Sequence record: OR797041.1
Source: Stenotrophomonas phage vB_SmaS_Bhz54
DNA length: 32,000 bases
Direction: 5' to 3' (one strand)
Positions 17,362-24,531 of this stretch are shown here, in pieces. The position numbers were made by a program, and so were the translations under genes. Position 1 is the first letter of the stretch. Each line of letters starts with the position of its first letter. The notes under the pieces are model-generated. The model was given only the letters and a program-made list of their open reading frames with translations. It did not search any database and was not told where the DNA came from.

Positions 17362-17368
17362 GATGATT

Positions 17369-18070
17369 TTACTCCAGGTTGATGATTTTGTGCGTTTGCA
17401 GGCACAGGGTATAACCGAACTTCAAGCAGCTGCGGATGGCGGCGTCCAGATGTCGGTTATTCTTGATCGGGTCGTTCTCGTCGATGGGTTGCACGTAAAC
17501 GGTCCCTTTGAACCCGACGGGGGGTCTGGCCACACGTGGGGCCGCTGGGTGAGCCAGCGCCTTGATGGGCAGGCCGTCTTCGGGGTCAATGCTCTTGGCG
17601 TGGAGCACATACTTCAGCGCCGTGATATGGGGAGCCAGCTCGGCGTTGATCTTGCCGGCCTTCGGGCTGCAGACGACCGTGATCTGGTCGTAGGGGAGGT
17701 CCGGGACGAACAAGGTCCCGTTGGTCTCGATCTGGACCCGGTAGCCGTGCTCCAGCAGTAGCCGGACGGCCGGGGCGATGTTCTGGCGCATGGGCTCGCC
17801 GCCGCTGAACACCACCAGCTTGGATGGGCTGGACATCTCCTTGACAGCGGCCAGGATAAAGTGCGGCATGACCTGCGAGCGGTTGCTGGTGTAATCCGTA
17901 TCGCACATCGGGCACTGCAGGTTGCAGCCGAACAGCCGGACGAAGACGGCAGGGACCCCGGCGAACGGGCCTTCGCCCTGAATCGTCGAGAACATGTGGT
18001 GGAGGTCCAGGAGCCCGCGCTCATGCAGATTCTGCTTGGCTATGGGCTGCTGGTTCAGCGGTTGGTTCAT
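17369..18070 (-). CDS. queE: 7-carboxy-7-deazaguanine synthase QueE (radical SAM)
   Basis: FSTIQGEGPFAGVPAVFVRLFGCNLQCPMCDTDYTS radical-SAM Cys motif, VVFSGGEPM, IETNGT, VVCSPKAGK. RBS GAGGAG before ATG at 18070. Confidence 0.93.
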   Translation of the reverse strand: MNQPLNQQPIAKQNLHERGLLDLHHMFSTIQGEGPFAGVPAVFVRLFGCNLQCPMCDTDYTSNRSQVMPHFILAAVKEMSSPSKLVVFSGGEPMRQNIAPAVRLLLEHGYRVQIETNGTLFVPDLPYDQITVVCSPKAGKINAELAPHITALKYVLHAKSIDPEDGLPIKALAHPAAPRVARPPVGFKGTVYVQPIDENDPIKNNRHLDAAIRSCLKFGYTLCLQTHKIINLE

Positions 18071-18098
18071 GTGTGTACTCCTCGTGGTTGGTCTCCCA

Positions 18099-18127
18099 AT
18101 TATATGCCCTGTCTCGCGTGTACACAA
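18099..18127 (-). promoter_or_regulatory. leftward sigma70-like promoter of the que/dpdA/clamp/pol operon
   Basis: Reverse strand TTGTGT (18122-18127), 17-nt spacer, TATAAT (18099-18104), upstream of queE. Confidence 0.65.
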
Positions 18128-18147
18128 CGGGATTTTAGAGCAAAAGA

Positions 18148-18170
18148 AAGGGCAGGATGAACCTGCCCTT
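18148..18170 (-). terminator. Rho-independent-like leftward terminator
   Basis: Reverse strand AAGGGCAGG-TTCAT-CCTGCCCTT followed by TCTTTT; 9-bp perfect stem, immediately downstream of the 18191 gene stop. Confidence 0.7.
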
Positions 18171-18190
18171 CTCCTACCAACCAGCCGAGG

Positions 18191-18508
18191 TTACTCGGCG
18201 TCGGCTTCGGTGCTCACATCGGAGCCTTCAGCCTCACCGGCTTCCGCCGGGGTCTCGGCCTTCGGCTCGGCACCGAGGCCGTGGTACTTGCGCCAGCGGC
18301 CGTACTGGGTGGCAGCGGTGGCGGCGTTGATGTCCTCGGCCATGGCGGCCTCGAGGACCTTCTTGCGGGCGACCGGGCTGCCTTCCTGTGCCGACAGGCT
18401 GTCCGCGATCTCCCAGATGCGGCCGGTCTTGGTGCCCGCCTTCGGACGGGTGACGCCGTTCTGGATGTCCTTGGTGGCCGCAGCGGCCGGGGTCTGGTTC
18501 TCGCTCAT
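18191..18508 (-). CDS. small protein with shared 'GR(I/V)W-IAD...QYG-W' domain (paralogue 1)
   Basis: 105 aa from MSENQTPAAAATKD; contains KAGTKTGRIWEIADSLSAQEGSPVARKKVLEAAMAEDINAATAATQYGRWRKY. Confidence 0.75.
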   Translation of the reverse strand: MSENQTPAAAATKDIQNGVTRPKAGTKTGRIWEIADSLSAQEGSPVARKKVLEAAMAEDINAATAATQYGRWRKYHGLGAEPKAETPAEAGEAEGSDVSTEADAE

Positions 18509-18584
18509 TGCTTTTCTCCTGGATGAGAGGGTGGGCTGTGCCCGGTTAAGGGGCCGTTGCGACGTGCACCAGCCCATGACGTGA

Positions 18585-18613
18585 ATCTTAGCCTACGCCG
18601 GTGCCGGGGTCAA
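18585..18613 (-). promoter_or_regulatory. leftward promoter for the 18191..18508 gene
   Basis: Reverse strand TTGACC (18608-18613), 17-nt spacer, TAAGAT (18585-18590). Confidence 0.5.
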
Positions 18614-19290
18614 GCCCCAGCCACCTGGTTTTTAGATCCCTTCCATTTACCGTACTGGACCTGGACGGTCGCCGGGTTGATCCCCTCGGCCACGGCGCGG
18701 CGGACGATCTCCGCGCGCTGGGCCTTGTGGTCATCGTCAGGCATCGCGGCGGCAACTTCATCCGCGATATCCCAGACTCGCCCGGTGGCCGTCCCCGGCT
18801 TGGGCCGGGCACTTGGGGTAGGGGTGGCCCCTTCCGCCCTCGCCACGGGGGCTTTACGGGGCGTGGGGGCCGGGGTTTCCGGGGTGGGCCGGTTGGGTAG
18901 CCGGACCAGTCCCGGAGGGGTGGGGAGGGGCTCCAGCTTGAGGCCTAGGACCTTGCAGGACTGGAGCAGAGCGTTGTAGTCAAAGCCCTCGTGCTGGAAC
19001 CCCGTGGTGTTCCGGTATAGGAGCTTGAGCTCCATGTCCGTGAACTTGCTATACGTCCGGCTGGACGCAGCTTCCCCGATTACGATGGCTTCGGGCGCAA
19101 CCTCGTCAAGAGCTTTGGCCCACACCACCCGATACTCGCCAAGCCCGATGAAGGTCATGGTTTCGCGGTTGATTGCAATGTTCATGGTGGGTTCCCTGTC
19201 ATAGTAGTTTGGAAGGGGCCAATGGGTGTCGCCATACACCTCCCCCGTAGGGTCGGCAGGATGGCGACCCCGGGTTACGAGGTCGCGCAT
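18610..19290 (-). CDS. hypothetical protein with C-terminal 'GRVW-IAD...QYGKW' domain (paralogue 2)
   Basis: 226 aa; RBS CAGGAGG 6 nt before ATG at 19290; C-terminus RPKPGTATGRVWDIADEVAAAMPDDDHKAQRAEIVRRAVAEGINPATVQVQYGKWKG. Confidence 0.75.
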   Translation of the reverse strand: MRDLVTRGRHPADPTGEVYGDTHWPLPNYYDREPTMNIAINRETMTFIGLGEYRVVWAKALDEVAPEAIVIGEAASSRTYSKFTDMELKLLYRNTTGFQHEGFDYNALLQSCKVLGLKLEPLPTPPGLVRLPNRPTPETPAPTPRKAPVARAEGATPTPSARPKPGTATGRVWDIADEVAAAMPDDDHKAQRAEIVRRAVAEGINPATVQVQYGKWKGSKNQVAGA

Positions 19291-19302
19291 GTTAGCCTCC
19301 TG

Positions 19303-19836
19303 TTACTTGGCGGTGCCGTTCTTAGTGGCCAGCCACTGCTGGTACTGGGTACGGGCGGTGTAGAAAGCGATGCCGCGCTTCACGCACTCGGCAATCACAT
19401 CCTTGCGGCGGACCTGCGGGTTGGCCGCAACCATCTCGTCAGCGATGTGCCAGACGGTCTTGGTCGGGCGCTCGATGGTCGAGTGGTTGGTGATTTCGAT
19501 CTTGCGCTTCGGGGCGGCCTTGGGAGCTTCCTCCGCGATGGCCGGGCCGAACTCTTCGCCGCAGGCCAGGCACTCGTATTCGAAGGCCTTGTGCTTGATC
19601 TCCTTGCCATTGACTTCCTGCAGGTGGACCCCGATGCCGTTTTCCAGGTGGATACCGCAGTGGGGGCAATGGACGAACTCGCCAACCACCGGCTCCTCGG
19701 CTTCGGTGGCCGGGGCCACTTCGATCGGCTGGAAGCCAAACTGGCCATCGATCTCGACGATCTCGTACTGATCCTTGGTCAGGCCAGCCTGCTTGGCGGC
19801 GCGGTGGGCGGAAGATTTAACGGTGTAAGTTTTCAT
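19303..19836 (-). CDS. zinc-ribbon protein with C-terminal 'VW-IAD...QY-W' domain (paralogue 3)
   Basis: 177 aa; RBS AGGAG; CPHC...CLAC cysteine pairs and RPTKTVWHIADEMVAANPQVRRKDVIAECVKRGIAFYTARTQYQQWLATK. Confidence 0.8.
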   Translation of the reverse strand: MKTYTVKSSAHRAAKQAGLTKDQYEIVEIDGQFGFQPIEVAPATEAEEPVVGEFVHCPHCGIHLENGIGVHLQEVNGKEIKHKAFEYECLACGEEFGPAIAEEAPKAAPKRKIEITNHSTIERPTKTVWHIADEMVAANPQVRRKDVIAECVKRGIAFYTARTQYQQWLATKNGTAK

Positions 19837-19990
19837 GATGTTGCTCCTGTCCTGGTTTATGATCCGGGGGACCCATTCCCCCTAACCATGATTGAATTAT
19901 AGGGGACCCCGGATTGGTAGGCAACAGGTTAAGCGCCTTAGATCGATTGAATGTTCGAATCGAAAAGCGCCTTTTTAGAGGCAAACGGGA

Positions 19991-20191
19991 TCAGAATGGG
20001 ATCTCCCCTAACCACTCGGGGCACCCCACCACCACTACGGTGAGCGGGGGCCGGGCGGCGAAGGTGGTGCATTGCTCCTCCTTCTTGTCCCAGTATTCGC
20101 AGTTGAGGCAGGTGGTCCAGTTCTGGGAGCGGATGATCTGCTCCTGGAACTCAATCCGCTGGGCTTGGTGCTGCTGGGGCTTCGTATTCAT
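19991..20191 (-). CDS. small Cys-containing hypothetical protein
   Basis: 66 aa; CLNCEYWDKKEEQC possible metal-binding Cys pattern; overlaps the end of the helicase gene. Confidence 0.55.
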   Translation of the reverse strand: MNTKPQQHQAQRIEFQEQIIRSQNWTTCLNCEYWDKKEEQCTTFAARPPLTVVVVGCPEWLGEIPF

Positions 20192-21827
20192 AGCTCATAA
20201 TCTCCGGATGCTTCTTGTTGATCCAGACCCGGATGTGGGTCGGGGTGCGGAGTTCGCCAAGGCGCTGGAAGGCGTCAGCGATGGTCTCCGGCGGTTGAGG
20301 ATCAGTGGCCCGGTTGCGCCACCAGTCCCGGGCCTTCTTGCGGGCGAAGCCCTCATGCTCAAGGCAGACCCATTCGTCGAACATCCGCAGCCCGCAGTAG
20401 TAGCTGGCCCGGATGCTGGGTGGGCGCCCCTCCTTGCGGTGTTCGTTATAGACCACACGGTCTACCCGGAACAGCTCCACCTGCGGGAACTCCTGGCCGT
20501 CCCGGATCAGGGCCTCCGTCCCGGCGTGGAAGCCGAACTTAATGGACCGCGGGAACTCGAAGCCGCACTCCGGACAATGGGTCAGGCTGGCATGGCAATA
20601 GATGCCGCAGTTCTCGCAGATGCGGACCGGGGCCTGGCCCCCGCCCTTGCCCTTGCGCTTCGGAATGACCGGGTCGTTGATCGGGCCGAGGCGACGGGTA
20701 TTGCCAGCGAAGTCCAGCACAAGGCAGTTGCGCTTCGGGCTGTTGATGATGGCGGCCAGCCGGCCCTCGGTGGTCTCCAGGTCAAAGCCGGGGGCGTAGA
20801 GCGGACGGGTGCCCCGCCCGAGCATCTGGACCCACAGCCCCGGCGACTGGGTCGGACGGAGCATGACGATCAGGTCGATGGCTGGGAAGTCGAAGCCTGT
20901 GGTCAGAATACCGTTGTTGACCATGGCCCGGTACTTGCCAGCCTTGTAGTCCGCCAGCCGTTGGTCCCGCTCCCCGTCACTCATCTTGGAATGGACGCAG
21001 GTGGCCGAGACCCCGAGGCTCTCCAGCATAGCGGCAACATGGATGGCGTGCTCCACCCCGGAGGCGAAGACCAGCCAGTGCTGGCGGTCGTGCCCCATCT
21101 CGAGGGCTTCCAGCAGGGCGGCATGGGTCACCTCGTCCCGGTCCACCGCCTCCTGCAGCTGCTTGAGGTTGTACTCGCCCTGCTGGACCTTGACCCCGTC
21201 CACGTCCAGCTCCGTGCGGGTGGGCCGCGGAACCAGCGGGCAGAGGTAGCCTTCGGCCAGGAACCAGTTGAAGGCCTCGAGGGTCGTCATATCGACGCAG
21301 ACGTCGGTGAAGAGCCCGCCCTCCTCAATCAGGAGGCCTTGCCCCATCCGGTAGTGTGTGGCGGTAAACCCGATCACCTTGAGGTAGGGGTTGACCCTTT
21401 TGAGGCCGTTGATGAACGCCTGATACATGGTATCCGCCCTCGGGGATACCAGGTGGCATTCGTCGATCAGCAAGAGGTCAACATGGCCGAAGGTCTCCAC
21501 CGCCTTGATAGCGGTGGCGATCCCGGCGTAGGTGATCGGGCAGTAGGCGTCCCGGCGCCCAAGCCCCGCGGAGAAGATACCCGCGGGGGCGGTCGGCCAG
21601 ATGGCCAGGAGCTTCTCGAAGTTCTGCTCGATGAGCTCCTTGACGTGGGTCAGCTTCATGACCCGCTGGCCGGGGTAGCGCTGGAAGGCCCGCTGGATGA
21701 AACCGCCAATGACCACAGACTTACCGGTACCGGTAGGCATCGCGACGACCGGGTTGCCCTCTCCGCCTTCTTCGAAGTAGCGGAAGATGGACTCGATCGC
21801 GTAGTCTTGGTAGTCGCGGAACTTCAT
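20151..21827 (-). CDS. superfamily 2 DEAD/DEAH-type helicase, RadD-like
   Basis: 558 aa; FRDYQDYAIESI, VVAMPTGTGKS (Walker A), LLLIDECH (Walker B), MLGRGTRPLYAPGFD motif VI, CENCGIYCHASLTHCPECG zinc ribbon. Confidence 0.9.
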   Translation of the reverse strand: MKFRDYQDYAIESIFRYFEEGGEGNPVVAMPTGTGKSVVIGGFIQRAFQRYPGQRVMKLTHVKELIEQNFEKLLAIWPTAPAGIFSAGLGRRDAYCPITYAGIATAIKAVETFGHVDLLLIDECHLVSPRADTMYQAFINGLKRVNPYLKVIGFTATHYRMGQGLLIEEGGLFTDVCVDMTTLEAFNWFLAEGYLCPLVPRPTRTELDVDGVKVQQGEYNLKQLQEAVDRDEVTHAALLEALEMGHDRQHWLVFASGVEHAIHVAAMLESLGVSATCVHSKMSDGERDQRLADYKAGKYRAMVNNGILTTGFDFPAIDLIVMLRPTQSPGLWVQMLGRGTRPLYAPGFDLETTEGRLAAIINSPKRNCLVLDFAGNTRRLGPINDPVIPKRKGKGGGQAPVRICENCGIYCHASLTHCPECGFEFPRSIKFGFHAGTEALIRDGQEFPQVELFRVDRVVYNEHRKEGRPPSIRASYYCGLRMFDEWVCLEHEGFARKKARDWWRNRATDPQPPETIADAFQRLGELRTPTHIRVWINKKHPEIMSYEYEAPAAPSPAD

Positions 21828-21828
21828 T

Positions 21829-22788
21829 CTATTGCTTCGCCTTGATCAGAGGGTGGAGTTCGTAGTCGTCGCAGCCGCGGAGCTGGGCCTCCTTGGTCAG
21901 CTCCCACTGGTCATCGTGGTACCCCTGTTCTTTGAGAACCTCGATTACCTTCGGATTTTCACACACCCACTTCCCTCCATCAACAGGAGTAGACCAGCGG
22001 CAGGTACGGCAGTTTTTCTCAGGCATGGCGGCTCCGTGGCAGACCGGGGAGAAGTCGCAGAACTTGCACTTGTACCAGCCCGGGCTGTTGTTGATCCGGG
22101 GTGGTGGTTCGACGGCGTCAATCACCATGGCGGAGCGGTCCAGGAACCGGTCATAGGTCACTTGGTCAAAGGCGACCAGCTCGGCGTAGAGCTCGTCATC
22201 ATTCTTGTTGACCGCCATGTAGAGCGCCCAGCGGAAGCCATTCTTGCCCATATACATCTGCATCTGGACATAGTGCTCGAACTTGGCCTCGCGGACGCCG
22301 TCCCCCTTCAGCTTCTGGAAGGACTTGTCGTTGTGGGTCTTGAACTCCCCCAGCACCGGCTCGTCTGGGATCTCCGGGATACCAAGGATGACCCCGTCCA
22401 TCCCGCCACCGAAGTGGCCCTTGTGCCCCTTGATCCGGAACTGGTTGCCTTCCTCGTCAAACTGCCAGACGGTGCAGCCGATCATCAGGAGCAGGGCCAC
22501 CATCCGGGGCTCCTCGAGGTGCCCGCGGTTGAAGAGTCGGAGGATGCGGCCGTCAAAGTGGGGCTTGGTGGTCCAGCGGAAGGAGTACCAGAGCTCCCGG
22601 GCGCACTCGCGTCCGATCAGGGAGGCCCCGAGGTGGGAGCGGAAGTCATCCTCCTCGTCTCGGTAGGCGTCCTCAGCCTGTGGCATGAGGTGGCGAAGGT
22701 GCCGGCGGAAGGCCGCGCCTTGGTCCCGCTCCAGGTGGGCGGCGATGGTGGCGAGGGTCTGGGTCGCGATACGAGGGGTATAGCTCAT
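21829..22788 (-). CDS. PD-(D/E)XK nuclease, Cas4/RecB-like, with C-terminal Cys cluster
   Basis: 319 aa from MSYTPRIATQTL; GGMDGVILG...VLGEFKTHND (D...ExK), YKCKFCDFSPVCHGAAMPEKNCRTC. ATGA overlap with the upstream gene. Confidence 0.75.
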   Translation of the reverse strand: MSYTPRIATQTLATIAAHLERDQGAAFRRHLRHLMPQAEDAYRDEEDDFRSHLGASLIGRECARELWYSFRWTTKPHFDGRILRLFNRGHLEEPRMVALLLMIGCTVWQFDEEGNQFRIKGHKGHFGGGMDGVILGIPEIPDEPVLGEFKTHNDKSFQKLKGDGVREAKFEHYVQMQMYMGKNGFRWALYMAVNKNDDELYAELVAFDQVTYDRFLDRSAMVIDAVEPPPRINNSPGWYKCKFCDFSPVCHGAAMPEKNCRTCRWSTPVDGGKWVCENPKVIEVLKEQGYHDDQWELTKEAQLRGCDDYELHPLIKAKQ

Positions 22789-23324
22789 CAGCGTGGCTCC
22801 TCCAGGTGGGCCAGCGTCGTATCCGAAAGCTGGGCGAAGGTCAACAGGAACAGCTTGTAGGCGGCCTTTGGCTGGAGAGGGGCCTCCGGCTGGAGGCGGG
22901 GTAGCCCCTTGAACTCCATCGGCAGCGGGTGCCGCATGAGCTCCTCCCACTCCGTCCGCAGGGCGCGGTTGTCCATCTCCTTGATCAGTGGATGCTCGAA
23001 GCGGGCAACACCGAACCGGAAGGAGATGGCCTCCCAGACCCTAGCCTCCAGCTTCTTGTAGTCTGGGAGGAGGGTCTTGATCGGGCGGGGGAGGTCCACC
23101 ACATAGGCCTCCGTCGCGTCATGGAGGAGCCCGGCCAAGCGGAGCTCCGGAGGGAGCGCCATGGCGACCCGAACGCTGTGCTGGGCCACCGAATAGAACT
23201 CGCGCGTGTGGCCAGCAAACCGGCACAGGTTGCTCAGGCTATGGGCGATGTCCAGGATGCTGATGTCGTCCGAGGTTATCCGCTGGATGTCAATGGCGCG
23301 ACCGCTTGCGGTTGTTAGGTACAT
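22788..23324 (-). CDS. HD-domain phosphohydrolase (YfbR-like nucleotidase)
   Basis: 178 aa; RFAGHTREFYSVAQHSVRVA...LRLAGLLHDATEAYVVDLPRPIK HD-domain signature. Confidence 0.85.
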   Translation of the reverse strand: MYLTTASGRAIDIQRITSDDISILDIAHSLSNLCRFAGHTREFYSVAQHSVRVAMALPPELRLAGLLHDATEAYVVDLPRPIKTLLPDYKKLEARVWEAISFRFGVARFEHPLIKEMDNRALRTEWEELMRHPLPMEFKGLPRLQPEAPLQPKAAYKLFLLTFAQLSDTTLAHLEEPR

Positions 23325-23727
23325 TGTTCTTTCTCCTTGCCTTCCGGCAGATTCTGATTACCAGCTCGCAGGTCGCTGCGTCGAACCAAGATATATGGCA
23401 AGCCCCCACTTCGATCCCAAGCTGTTCGGCCAACCACTGATATGCCTGGCCCCGATTGATTTTACCGCGTTTCCAGATAGGGTCAAACTCCTCGTGCGCC
23501 TTTTTGCGCATCTGTCTCGTTGCTCGATCCGCCATCTTACCGAGTGGGATATCCGTCCCGGGATGGCAACCAACTGATGCCCCGCAATGGCCACAGAACC
23601 AGATCAGAGGCCAGTTGCCGATAGCCGCCCCGTACAGGACGGAGTTCTCCTCGAGGCTGACGGAGCGACTACGGCAGCTGTCACATGATAGGGGTCTGGG
23701 CAAGGGGTCCTTGATTTTATGCCTCAC
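23290..23727 (-). CDS. zinc-finger-containing protein, DUF3268-like
   Basis: From GTG at 23727: ...CDSCRSRSV...WFCGHCGASVGCHPGTDIPLGKMADRATRQMRKKAHEEFDPIWKRGKINRGQAYQWLAEQLGI. The track start lies far upstream in another gene. Confidence 0.75.
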   Translation of the reverse strand: MRHKIKDPLPRPLSCDSCRSRSVSLEENSVLYGAAIGNWPLIWFCGHCGASVGCHPGTDIPLGKMADRATRQMRKKAHEEFDPIWKRGKINRGQAYQWLAEQLGIEVGACHISWFDAATCELVIRICRKARRKNNVPNNRKRSRH

Positions 23728-23752
23728 TCTGAGCCCCTCAGACCATGAAAAG

Positions 23753-23774
23753 GAACCCGCCGTGAGGCGGGTCC
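23753..23774 (-). terminator. leftward hairpin terminator
   Basis: Reverse strand ACCCGCC-TCAC-GGCGGGT followed by TCCTTTTC, downstream of the DUF669-like gene. Confidence 0.55.
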
Positions 23775-23786
23775 CAAGGTTGCCTG

Positions 23787-24530
23787 TTACTGGCGCGGCT
23801 GTGCCCAAGGCGGGGTCGGACCCGCAGCCGGGGCAGCCTGATGGGCTTGCTGAGGGGTCGGCTGGGCTGCCTCTGCCGGAGCCTGCTGGCCCTGCATCCA
23901 CGGGGGAGTCGGGGCACCACCCTGCGCCGGGGCCTGCTGGGGGGCGGGCTGCTGGGCGGGCTGCTGGAACTGCTGCGGAGCCGGGGCCTGCTGTGCCGGA
24001 GGCTGCTGCCACTGCTGTTGCGGGGCCTGCTGGGGCTGCTGGAAACCCTGCTGTGGGAACTGCTGGGCAGGGGCCTGCTGCGGCGGGGCCTGGAAACCCT
24101 GCTGCGCCGGGGCAGCCGTGGTGCCGGTATCCTCGTTGATGTGCTTGACCGCCTTGATCTCGTTCGACGGGTCGTACTGGCCGGTCGAGTCGGTGCGGAC
24201 GGACACCCGCGCCTTGAACGGGATACCGTGCAGCTGCTGGGAGTCCTGGACCTGGATGACGCCGGTGGCATGGCAGTAGGCCGACAGGCGCTTGTAGGCG
24301 ATCTCGGCAGCGACCGGGTTCTGGTTCTGGAGGTTGAGGCGGTCGAAGACCTGACGGCCGGCGTACTGGCCGTCCACCACCTTCAGCGACAGCTGGAGGT
24401 AGGCGCCCTGCCCGTTGCTGGTCGGCTTCATCTCCGACTCGACGATCATCATGTTATACCAGCCGGCCGGGATGGGTTCGAAGGACTGCTGCGGGTCCAC
24501 CTGGCGGGCGTCGAAGTTGAGTTGTGCCAT
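23787..24530 (-). CDS. DUF669-like phage protein (possible ssDNA-binding) with Pro/Gln-rich tail
   Basis: 247 aa; FEPIPAGWYNMMIVESEMKPTSNGQGAYLQLSLKVVDGQYAGRQVFDRLNLQNQNPVAAEIAYKRLSAYCHATG matches the DUF669 pattern; adjacent to the Sak4-like ATPase. Confidence 0.8.
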   Translation of the reverse strand: MAQLNFDARQVDPQQSFEPIPAGWYNMMIVESEMKPTSNGQGAYLQLSLKVVDGQYAGRQVFDRLNLQNQNPVAAEIAYKRLSAYCHATGVIQVQDSQQLHGIPFKARVSVRTDSTGQYDPSNEIKAVKHINEDTGTTAAPAQQGFQAPPQQAPAQQFPQQGFQQPQQAPQQQWQQPPAQQAPAPQQFQQPAQQPAPQQAPAQGGAPTPPWMQGQQAPAEAAQPTPQQAHQAAPAAGPTPPWAQPRQ

Positions 24531-24531
24531 G

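Noticed and set aside
19914-21845. 643-aa rightward ORF antisense to the helicase
   Set aside because: Long antisense ORF expected in high-GC DNA. It lies opposite a clear SF2 helicase with Walker and zinc-ribbon motifs, and its translation shows no recognisable motifs.
21832-22860. 342-aa rightward ORF antisense to the Cas4-like nuclease
   Set aside because: High-GC mirror ORF; the opposite strand encodes a convincing PD-(D/E)XK protein with overlapping neighbours.
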